Of a DNA stretch of 64,000 bases, positions 52,956 to 64,000 are shown one piece after another. Origin of the DNA: Podarcis tiliguerta. Taxonomy: Eukaryota. The notes below the pieces were generated by a model, which did not search any database, had not been told where the DNA came from, and worked only from the letters and a program-made list of their open reading frames with translations. The position numbers and the translations under genes are program-made. Position 1 is the first letter of the stretch; each line of letters begins with the position of its first letter. Location of the stretch: the NCBI GenBank assembly GCA_965153285.1, contig OZ229113.1; one strand, given 5' to 3'.

Positions 52956-54311
52956 TAGTCAGAATCCCATTCCACACTGGTAGCATTTGAATCCAGGAAC
53001 ACTGTAGCTCAGATGAATTATATGTAAGCTTGACCCACAAGATCTCAACCACACAGCAGTGACAAACCACTTGATTTAAAACCTAACCTAAGCATTTCTT
53101 TGCACTGCAGTCATGGGGGAACCCATCACCCAATGTTAAATAAAAACACCAAACACATCCCATCTTTATATCCTGTCCTCTTCACCATTCTTCACGTCTC
53201 TAAATAAATATTTCTTAGCACAGCACAAGTTCAACCATGTGTTAGTTAAAGCATCCCCCTTCCACTCCCATTCCTCAACAGTACTGCTCAGAGATACAAG
53301 AGACAACTCCACACTCCCAACAGCGTCCAGCCAATGAGCTTCTCCTTGTTAAGGAAAAGCAAGTTTAATAACTACTAGAGACTGAAATGTTTCTAAAGCG
53401 CTGCAGTCAAACCTAGAAAACTAAGGCACCACAAACACACATACAAACAGTGCCTAAGAAATTACAATTACTGATTAATAAGCAGCTATTTAAGTAGCAA
53501 AACCAAATAGATTAATTGCAATGCTATCATTCCTGACCTCTTCCAGCTGTTGAAATATTCTTGCTAGTTATCTAGCTCTAAATTTTTTTAATTATGCAAG
53601 GGAACTGCAACTCTTTCTAATGTAAGATTAACCTTGGCCATCTTTTCTCACTGTGATTTCCATGGATTGCATATGTAGTACTGCATGTTATACTTCAGGC
53701 TTACCTAAGAAGATTTTTAAGATTTGTATCAAACTGTCTGTATTTAGTGCTACAAGCTTTCTTTCGGTAGGGATTCTGATTGTAAGACTGTCTCGGGTTT
53801 TCACTTTCAAATTTAAGCTGCATAACTAACTTGTGAGAGGTGTTACAGCTCCTGAAGGGAGCTGGGTTCTTGTTAGCATTTCACACAATATTATCAGCAT
53901 ACATCCAGAATCTTTTGCAGCCTTCTGGGACCTAATGAAATGTCTAGCTTTCACACAGCAGATGCCAAGAATTTGATATAGAAGAACCAACAGTCCATTT
54001 CTAGGAATAACCTATCACATTAACACTACCAAGCTTTATTGCACTCAGCAGGGCATGGCGGAGAGATAGACTGTACTCCTTCAGAGTCAACAGCAGACAG
54101 AACTTCCTCTTCTCACACTGATTTAGCGCATGAACACCTGAAATTAAGTCTGCTGGCAGATGTGCAAGCTGAGGTGCAAAAACAGTACATGCATCTTCCC
54201 ACAGAAGAAAACACCTGGGCTTAGATTCATGTGTTCTAAATAAGCATGCAACTTGCTTGTGCTTCTTCTTTGGGATCTTTAAAAATATGCTACATGTAAT
54301 ACACGCGCGCG

Positions 54312-54346
<35 letters not shown>

Positions 54347-54924
54347 TTATACATTTTTAATGCCCTCCCCATCACACCCTTCACATGTCACCAGTATTCT
54401 TCCATACTTTTGTCACAACTTTGCCTCCCCTTGATGCAAGTTATGTTTTACAGATAAGCCCTCTTTCCGCTTGTTTAGAATGGTTGATCCCACTCTAGGG
54501 ATTGTTTACCGAAGCTGCTCTGTCAGACCATTCTATTGCCATAATTCAGCCAAGCACTGGAATGCTGCTGCTCTCCTTCAGCTTCCTACCAGCCGACAGG
54601 AAATTTAGGCACAAATGTGGACCAATCGCAATCCAGCTCGCAGGGGGAGGGAAAATTCAGCTGAATGTTAATGTAATAAATAATATGGACCCGGTGCAAT
54701 AGGAAACGAGAGGAGTAGAAAGAAGCAAAGAAAATTAAGCATGGGCAGTGTGTGAATAAGGGAAGTTATAGGAAAGGAAGCAGGGAGCGAGAAAGACATG
54801 TTCATGGTTGACAACAGAAAATAAGAGGGGGAATAGCTAAACATGGCATTTCAGAAGGAAAGGCATCATGAGATGGGGCAGAATGGCTAAAGGAGGGAGG
54901 AAAGAGGAAGTAGTATTAGTAGAA

Positions 54925-55077
54925 AGAATCATAGAGTTGGAATCATAGAGTTGGAAGGAACCCACGAGTGTCCTCTAGCCCAATTCTCTGCATTGCAGGA
55001 ATCTTTTTGCCCAACGTGGGGCTCGAACCCATGACCCTGAGATGAAGAGTTTCATGCTCTACCAACAGAGCTATCAG
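54925..55077 (-). mobile_element. SINE with tRNA-Lys(CTT)-like head and CR1-type 3' tail
   Basis: Reverse complement: tagctctgttggtagagcatgaaactcttcatctcagggtcatgggttcgagccccacgttgggc (tRNA-Lys-like), then ...ccttccaactctatgattc. Confidence 0.8.
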
Positions 55078-56538
55078 GTGGTGGAGGAGCTCCTACTCTC
55101 CCAGTGCCAGCTCAGTGTCTAGACCTGCATCACATGCCCTTTAGGCTGAGAGCCAAGGTGGTCATACTTGACTTAACTTTTGCATTCAGTCTATAGGGAA
55201 AAAAATAGTTTCAGAGCACGCCCAGTTCCTGGAAATGTTCTGGGAAAATGACATTTATGACCAGTCAACAATAAGTTGTTAGTGGCAAAGAGCCATTTCC
55301 AAATGCATCCAAAATATTAGCTAATTTAAGAAAGATAAAGTATCAGAATGGTTGCGTAATTTTTCTTGCGTTTCCTTAAGATAGCAGCACAAACCAGCAA
55401 ATTACAGTAATACTTGAAGGAAAGAATGTTGTAATGCACAGAGGAACAGATACTCTTCTCAAAACAATTTTTTGGAACAGCCATAAACTGAGTCATGGTC
55501 CAAAGCACACTTCCTGAGAAGCAATGCTCCCTGAAACCAGTGAAGCTCACTTCCAGGTCATGCAAGGGCACTTAGGATCAGGATGCCAGTGCCCATTCCA
55601 AAGAACAGGAAACTTGCTAAATCAAGGAACTCAATAGTCGTATGTCACACAACTTTTGGACAAGATGTGACTCCAGAGATTTGCAAGTGAAACCAGATGA
55701 GATTAATTAAATACACAAACATGCAAATTTGGAGACAAAGCTCAACATTAACAAAACATTGGTTTTGCCTAACCCCTCCATTTATGTGGCTTGCAACCAT
55801 ACTTAATACACCCTATAGCCAGAATCCTAGAAACGCCGCTATTACTAGTAACTGCCTTCATGTTGTACAACCAAAATTCAATTGCCTTAAGATGTTAACT
55901 CAAAAGCAAACTAATTGTGATCCTAATATACTTTAGAAATGCTGTATCTAATACAAAAAGCTGCTGTGCCACTGGCACTGGAAGACAGCATGCTTTTTGT
56001 GATAAGGTATACCAATACTTCTTACTTAACTGTTACCTTATACCTTGCAGAGCATGAGCTAGAATTTTCCCTCAGATATAAACTCATGAGAGGACCTTGG
56101 GCAATCCACTATCTCTTAAAGCTTCCCCCATCTGTGCAATGGGTAAATTAAAAATGGCTCATGTGAGACGGCTGTTGTGTTCCGAACACTTTGGGGAAAT
56201 GGCATATGAATAGCAAGTATCTTTAGATTCCACACTATGCTAACATCATGGGTGCTAGCAAGGAAGTAGTGAGCTTCCCACTGTCCCAATATGCTTTAGC
56301 AAAAACCAGCTTATGGTGTCTGGAGCAAGATAGTACTTTCTTCTCTTGTGGGAAGACGATAGAACTTGGGATCCTAGCACTGAAATCCATGTTTTTTTTA
56401 ACCTCTTTATTATTTTTGAAGCACCACAAATAGCCAACATGAACTTGGGGTTACCTTAGGGCCCCAAAGACCCCACAACATTCCTGAGAGCAGCTCTGTT
56501 TTCTCCACTCCTTGTTGCTGGTCTTCTGGGGGAGAGAT

Positions 56539-56710
56539 ACAATTCAGGGGTACAGCATCTGCCTTGTATGCAGAAACTCCCAGGTTCAATCCCCGATGTC
56601 TCCAGGCTGGGTTGGGAATGCCTCCTGTCTGAAACCCTGGAGAACCATTGGTAGTCACGTGCAGGCAAGACTGAGCTTGGTCTGACTCAGAATATGGCAG
56701 CTATTCTTAC
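56539..56710 (+). mobile_element. tRNA-derived SINE (TGC/GCA-type head); other copies at ~12580-12675(+), ~14395-14545(-), ~42530-42860(+), ~46388-46700(+)
   Basis: tacagcatctgccttgtatgcagaaactcccaggttcaatcccc (B box)...ctgaaaccctggagaacc...ggtctgactcagaatatggcagct; mutually similar degenerate copies. Confidence 0.7.
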
Positions 56711-57756
56711 TGCCAGAACTAGAACTTTTGTTTCTGGCAGGAACTCGGCATTTGGGGTGAGCAGGCTTTTGTTCTTCACTAAGAGACCCAGGGGCTTTGG
56801 GTACCTAAGACCAGTCCACCAAACTACATAAAAATAAAGAAATGTTTGGTACTTTGGGTCAAGAACAAACAAGGGTGGGAGAGACCCAATACAGTCATTC
56901 CATTCATTATATGATTACATTGAAAAGCTAAAATGGCAAGTTTAATTTAGGAACAAGAGAGGAAAGCAAAGTCAGAAGATGAATTAAAATTCAGGGAGTT
57001 CTTTCCTCATAGCCCTGTGCTCTGACCACCATCCCACATCTCTAGTGTCTAATCTTTCCATTTCCTCCTGTTAGCCTTGCATCTGCACAACAGTAATTTC
57101 CTGGCTGATGTAAAACTCAATGAGTTCCAGTTTCTGCTGCTACAAATGAAATCACTTGCTCCTTTTTTGGCCTAGAATCAATCTAGTCATGAGATAGAAA
57201 AGGAAGGCGCTTAACTCTCTCCCTCTCTCTCTCGCACCACAAATGGGAGAACAAATAAGATGGCATTTCTGCTCAATAATTGAAGCTCCATCATTAAAAA
57301 TAAATAGTCTCCTTATAAATGCTCACTGCAAGCAAGGGTAAACCAGATCAAGGCCATTTCATTAGGCTGGAGGGTAAGCGGTCAGAAGGCAGACAAATCT
57401 AGCCTCGGAATTCAGCCTAGGTATGTACTGAATGAGGCTTAAGGCTAAGGAATGCAAGCAGAAACCTCTATGATTGCTGTAACAAAGGCTGGTTGGCAAC
57501 ATGTAGAGCAATCCTATACAGGTTTACTCAGATGCAAATCTTATGGAGTTTAGTAAGATGTACTGAAATGTGCACAAAAATTTCAAGACCTCCGATTATC
57601 TTCCACACATTGGCTTTTCTAGTTATTGGAAGCAGAAGTGAGCCTCAAATTCAGGTTGGAAATTTACATGTAAGGCAAATTTATATCTGTTCACTGAAGG
57701 ATCTTTGTGGACTAAGCCAGGACTACTGGAGTTTACAGAGAGGCTCTCAATAGCTG

Positions 57757-57799
<43 letters not shown>

Positions 57800-60672
57800 T
57801 TAAAATGATGAATGGTGGGACAGCACATAAGTTCCGGGTTCAGCATATGTTAACATTACCATTCAATTGCAAGTCAAACTTTACATATTGATTCAGAAGG
57901 AAGTTCCACTGAGTTCAATGCGGCTTCTGCCCAGGTAAGTGGATGGCAGGATTACAACATTAGGCTGCTGTCCAAACGCCACTGAACTCAGTGGAGTTTC
58001 CTTCAAAGTCATTAAACACAGGGATGAACTGTTGAGTTATTTGGGCACCAAAGCAGCTGGTCAAAACAAACAAACTGTAAGAGTTTATTCGAAATTAAAA
58101 ACCTCTTATAGGTTAATTTAGATTTACATCCAGAGTGTGCATGTGGACCTTTGAAACTTCAAACAAAATCTTAAAAGACTGCGGTGTCAATTGAAGAGGT
58201 ATTGGTGCTTGTAACCTCAAAATCCACTTGTTGCCCACTTACGGTGCAGAAGATACTAGGTCCTAAGCCTAAGGCAATTGTTGTAGATACTCATAAAACC
58301 TAGAAAAGAATAACTGCAGGGGAAGTTCAGATATATGAACTCTAACATATTTTTTCGAGACTAAAATAAAACAATACATTATATTATAAAATATGATGTT
58401 GCTACAAGCTGTTCTCATTACCTAAATAAAAAGTGTAATAATAAACCATAATAAGAATAGGAACTTACATAGTTGTAAGAGACTCTAAAAGACAAGCAGT
58501 AAAAGAGATGCTTATCTGAATCAGTCTAGCTCATATTCATGTCTATAAAACTTAATTCAAATAACTGCTTTTGCTGGAATTTATTCAATTTTTGAGTTTA
58601 AAAAAGAAAGAAATCAAAATGCTTGGCTACATGATACATCTAACTTTCCTTTCATGGTTGCTGCATTCTTATGAAAAAGAACTGAAAGTCAAAGTAAGTT
58701 ATTTCATCCATTTAAGAAGCTGGTTATTTATTAATAAATCACATTCATTTTTCATGTTTGCACAAATAAATACAGCTTGGGACACAGAACAACATGATAA
58801 CCCTATATCAAATATCAAGAATGTGCACTATTGTGAAAAATTCCATATTCCAATCACCCAATCATTTAACTTAAAGTTTTAGAACAGCTTCCCTTTGTTC
58901 CTAAGGTGGCTGGAATGTAAATGAAGAAATTAAGACTCTCACATGACAGTTATATCATGTCATAATATTAATTTCTTTCTTTAAATACATTTCCAGCTAC
59001 AGTATAAAAGGAAACATGTAGAGAAATAACAACCTTTCATTTCTCTGTCGATTGAGAACTACATTTGTCAACCTTTCCATCTCTTAAGCTTCTTCACTGG
59101 AGCAGAGGGGAAGGGGGGGCAAATAAAGAAATGGCTCATTTTGATTTGGCTGCAACTTCAAAATGAACTCAATAAGTGTGCAATTGCAGACAGATTAGAT
59201 TATTTTAAAAAGTCAATTCCGCATGTCAACTTCCCTTTAGAGCTTTTTGGAAAATTCACAAAGTTCTACGGGAACATGAATATGTGTGACAATCTTCGTT
59301 TTATTTCTGCACTTGACGAACTTTGGCTACAACTGTCTAAATCAGGGGGGAGGAACCTCGGGCTCAGGGGCCAGATATGTCCCTCCAAGTCTCTCTATCC
59401 AGCCCTTGGGAACTTCTTCCCTGTCAGTATCCATTCGAGACAATTTGGTCCACAATCCACAGCCATGCCACATTTTACCTTGTCTACCAACAGGAAGCCT
59501 GTCTGAAGAGCCATTGATAAGACAGGCGTTAAAACCAGAAGATATCCAAATTGCAATAATACTCTCAAGGCCTTGCAAGTCTACATAACCGCTTTGGCAA
59601 TAAACTTCACAGGATGGGTTTCATCTACCCCAGCCAATTCTCAGCTTTGTAACTTGAAGCAAGGGCCCATTCCAGAAGTTGTTAGACTCAACCCAAGTAA
59701 GCATGGACAATGGTTAGCGATGAGGGAAGCTGAATTACAACAACATCTGGAGGGCCACAGGCTGCCTACCCCTGATTTAATGGAAATTTCAGTAGGATCC
59801 CCTCAAGTAATCTTGAAACAGGGGAGCTCATAGGGAAACAAAGTACAAGGCTTCAGGGACAAGGATAATTCTGACATTTTGAAGTTCCGCAAACATAGTT
59901 GTTTTCCAGCTGCTTGGGCCCTCTCACCTTTTTATATTATGCCTTGTTAAATTTGGGATATCATAGATATATATGCAAGTTAAAAGGATAACTCAATTAT
60001 GACCGGATAAGTCTTTTATGATGGAGAGATTTTATATTATTTGGTTATGTTTAAGTATTATATTTTGGAAGGGAAATACATCGCCCCTCCTTTTTTTAAT
60101 GCTGGCTCCTGAATAATACTGCATCACCTATGCTTCCACTATAAATTGATTTTACATAAGCTCTTCCCCCCCTTTCAAAAACAGATGTATTTTAAGACAC
60201 AAAAGGAGCTACTTTTTATTCCCACTAGATCTTTTTAATTCCATCATACTCTTTTTCTTAACTAAATAGGAAAATGTTTCCAACATGCTGAGGATATCCC
60301 CTCTTGTTCCCGAATGGATTTTTCTGGAAAAAGAAAGACGACAAAAGCCTTCCAGGAATACTCCCGGTTTTATACCAAATTAAAACCACAGCTGTGTCAA
60401 GCTGTTTTTTCAACACAAGCAGGATGTGCTGAGATTTCCACCTCAGTCCTAGAGTAAATTTGCTTGTCCGTGTCGGTTGCTTCCATGTAACGTATATGGA
60501 ATTTATTTTAGACCCGGATGCTAAGTATTTGCACCAGCAATATGAGCAAGCTTATCTGTTTGCAATAAGAGCGTCATGTTGCCGTAGTGTCAGCTATGCA
60601 GAGTATGCTTCATAAAACAGCAATTGAATACTATTATTATAATTGCTACTACTACTATTACCACTACAATGT

Positions 60673-61010
60673 GTTACCCGTCCTTTACCCTAAGGTGCCA
60701 GGACAGATTAATTAAAATGCAACATTAACATTAAAGCACAATATTATACACTATTAAAACAGTTTAAAACAAATTACAGAAATAAGGTGGGACCTAAAAA
60801 TATACTTCTCAGGTATCAAAAGCCAGGATGAACAGGTGCATCTTCACCAAAAGCTGTAGAATGAAGGTCCAGACACACCTCTGTGGGAAGGGCAATGGAG
60901 GAACCGGAGTGCACCCTCTGCCAATCTTAGCACCCTAGAGGGTCGGTAGGGAAGGAGACAATCTTTCACGTATTGGAGGCCTAAGTCATTTAGGACTTTA
61001 CACACTAACA
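60673..61010 (-). mobile_element. Decayed L2-type LINE 3' end
   Basis: aacaggtgcatcttca...cagacacacctctgtgggaagggca...ggcctaagtcatttaggactttacacac, preceded by a simple-repeat tail. Confidence 0.6.
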
Positions 61011-61571
61011 TGAGACACAATAGCTCTTACAGCATTCTGTACATAGTACTCAATTCAGTATACAGCGCAACAAGAGAGTATGGTAAGGAAACAAACAAAC
61101 ATAATACACCCAGGCCTTTCTCAAATGATCTCAGGCTTCAGATCCTTCTCCGTCTTTCACTGGAGGAGACACCCACCATAGTGCTGCACTGGGAAACGCA
61201 GCAAACTACTACAGGTGGCCACTTCTCTCATTGTGATTTTGTTGCAAGATTTTGTTGGGCTTCAAATCCCATGAGGCCCAGCCAGCATGACCAATGATTC
61301 AGGATGGTGGAGTTGTGGTCCATCATCGTCTGCAGGGACCCATCCTTTCCTTACTAGCCATGAGGGAAATATGTGGGAACCATCTGCACTGCCAAATGCT
61401 GCAGGGATTTGCTGTGAGTACACAAAGCAAAGCTGCTCTCTTGCAACCCTCTAGATGAGTAGCAAATGCTTAGGTCTCTTCATGGTGGTAAACCTACGCT
61501 TGGGTTGCAGTATGACTCATGACTGCAGGAGAGAGACTCATATATTACAATGCTCCGGGGTGAGTGGAGTA

Positions 61572-61797
61572 CAGTGGTACCTCGGGTCAAGAACTTAATT
61601 CGTTCCGGAGGTCCGTTCTTAACCTGAAACCGTTCTTAACTTGAGGTACCACTTTAGCTAATGGGGCCTCCCACTGCTGCTGCGCCACCGCTGCACGATT
61701 TCTGTTCTCATCCTGAAGCAAAGTTCTTAACCCGAGGTACTATTTCTGGGTTAGCAGAGTCTGTAACCTGAAGCGTCTGTAACCCGAGGTACCACTT
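61572..61797 (-). mobile_element. Tc1/mariner-type MITE family A, copy 6
   Basis: ta|cagtggtacctcgggtc...cccgaggtaccactt|ta. Confidence 0.88.
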
Positions 61798-62845
61798 TAC
61801 CTACGATAAATTCAAGGGACTTAAACACAGCAGCTCTCAGCTAATTCCTACAAAGGCAAATACTCTGAGCATATATAACTCAGCATTTTCCTATTCATCG
61901 AGAGAGCGGGGAAACTTATCGTGCATGCACTGGAGAGAAAACTGGAAGTGGAAATCAAAGCTATAACAATTTCTTTTAAAATTCAACCTACCCCTCCCGC
62001 CGCAATGATAATCAATATTGTCAGCTCCAACATGCTGGTCATGTCTGGGGTACGTATACCACTCATTCTCTGCAGCACCTCATGCATGCAATTAGGGAGA
62101 TGCAGAAGGGCAATCTATTTGTGGAAACCTTATTGGATCACATAACTTCCCTGCAAAGTCAGGGGAATAGACTTCAATGTGGCATAAGCACTTGGATCAG
62201 AGCATTTACTTCCTGGCACTCTCGCAACAGCTTTGAAAGGTAATACTTCAAAAAGAGCATAAATATACAAGATGGGCACAATTAAGTACTCATAACTTCA
62301 GTGCAAGAGCAGTCATACATCATCCATGCAAAATGAACCGTATTGCCTAATCAATGCTAGAACTGTTCAAATCCCACTCTCGAAAAAAATTAGGATTCTG
62401 CAGTCAACTGCAGAGATGTAAAGGAAGATTAGTAGTTAAATACTTTAGCTTATTAAGCTAGTGAGTAATTGTCACATGCCAGAGCTATGACTGAATACTG
62501 TTATGTCTTTGGGGTTTTGTCAAGCCAATGTTCATTTAAAAAGAAAACTTCCACGACAAAGTAGTATTTCATAAGATGAAAATTCAGCCCAGTGACTAAA
62601 TCTGAGTATTATTGTAAGCCTAACCGCATGGATTCCCAAAAACAGAATGAAAATGATGGTTACTCTTCTGTTATGATTTGGTATCTATGGCAATAGCTTT
62701 CATCAGCTTCATGACAAACATTCACAGGCAGGAACTAGAGAGGCAATGGTGTTTCATTAAGGAAAATAAAAAGTGATGCTTCTTAGTAAGACATACCTAT
62801 CCTCTCTAGTTCTTGCATTAGATTCAAATTCTTCTCTCTCTAAGG

Positions 62846-62981
62846 CAGGCATAGGCACACTCGCCCCGCCAGATGTTTTGGGACTACAACTCCCATCATC
62901 CCTAGCTAACAAGACCAGTGGTCAGGGATGATGGGAGTTGTAGTCCCAAAACATCTAGAGGGCCAAGTTTGCCTATGCCTG
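62846..62981. mobile_element. hAT-type hairpin MITE with perfect 8-bp TSD
   Basis: TSD ctctaagg at 62838-62845 and 62982-62989; TIR caggcataggca / tgcctatgcctg; perfect ~33-bp internal inverted repeat agatgttttgggactacaactcccatcatccct. Confidence 0.9.
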
Positions 62982-63569
62982 CTCTAAGGTAACACTCCCT
63001 TTAGTCTCTTTTTTGCAGTGCATTTTTGGCCCCCTTTATTGTTTACAGTAAAGGCTCATTGAAAGCCAATTTCACTATATTATCTTCAAGCTGTCTGTTG
63101 TATACAAAGCTGGAGTATAAAGAATTCTACTTATGGTGCCCCATAAATATAAATACCATTTATACTGTCAAAGCCATCTGCTTGTCCCTCAATACGTTTT
63201 ATATTTAAATATATGTACATGTGCACACAAACACTCAGCTTTTCAGCTCCAGAACACCCGCAAGGCAGCACACAAAACATCAACGAAAACAAATAAATAA
63301 GAACTAAGAGTCCACAGCAAAATAAACAAAAGCACTGAAGGTTATGCCTTCAACTAAACAATGTCTCTAACTGCAGCCACTGCTGCTTTGTTTACTGAAT
63401 TCTACATGAAGAGATTGTAGGTTACAACAGTTGTGTTTAATGAAAAACCCAGCCCCAGGCCATGACAACAGTGACCCCCATGTTACAGAGGAGTGAGTGG
63501 ATTTTGCCGTGCTGGACATAATTTTTAACTGGAAAATTTCTATGCAAATAGGATGAATTGCATTGGAAA

Positions 63570-63680
63570 GCCGATGACTCCATTGGTAGAACATGAGACT
63601 CTTAGTCTCAGGGTTGTGGGTCCAGTTGGACTAGATAAGCCTTATGGTCCCTTCCAATGCTACAATTCTATTCTTCTATT
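63570..63680 (+). mobile_element. Internally deleted copy of the tRNA-Lys/CR1-tail SINE
   Basis: ttggtagaacatgagactcttagtctcagggttgtgggt joined almost directly to gttggactagat...ggtcccttccaa..attctat. Confidence 0.7.
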
Positions 63681-64000
63681 ATTCCGATGTTCTAAAGGGT
63701 ATCTAATTTAGAATGTTTACTTTACTTAGGGTTAGTAAGCAGTTTAGTAAACAGAGCTAAGAACTTTGAAACTGCCAAGCTTGCCTAATAATGTATTTTT
63801 AATTGGTAACCATTCATTTTCACTAATGAACTTAAGAAATGGAATATTCTTCGCAAAAACAGAAAGCACTGAAAAATGCTCTACCCCACGTAAAATTGTC
63901 TATTACTAAGCTAATTATAGTTATTACCACCTTAAGGGGCGTTTTCTGGATCTGAACATATTGCCTTAGGCAATTAATGGGAATGGGGGATCAAACTTTT

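Noticed and set aside
54995-55077. tRNA-Lys gene (and tRNA-Ile near 45424)
   Set aside because: Stems and anticodon arms are mutated and each is fused to a CR1 tail, so these are SINE heads.

Overview
Vertebrate genomic DNA from a squamate reptile, probably a lacertid lizard (full-length Sauria SINE, Bov-B fragment, squamate-type L2 and tRNA/CR1-tail SINEs). The only protein-coding gene I can support is FILIP1L (filamin A-interacting protein 1-like) on the + strand. Three coding exons (CDS 13693-13962, 15976-16149, 21525-21703) with canonical GT-AG boundaries encode the N-terminal CortBP2-type region. The first exon lies upstream of the window and the large coiled-coil exon lies downstream. 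The remaining ~99% is intron, rich in Tc1/mariner-type MITEs (TA TSD), hAT-type hairpin MITEs (8-bp TSD), SINEs, LINE fragments and microsatellites. Nearly all other ORFs in the track are spurious or repeat-derived. I see no clear new biological system. The best leads are: (1) exons 2-4 total 633 nt and would give a stop-free, endless ORF if back-spliced into a circRNA, and they are flanked by long introns and an inverted MITE pair; (2) a candidate internal promoter and first exon in intron 4 (CArG + CRE-like site + strong splice donor, ~47.9-48.1 kb); (3) an R->Q change in a conserved motif that also creates a tandem acceptor; (4) several informative TE nesting and SINE head-swap patterns. 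All family names and human comparisons are from memory, not from database searches.
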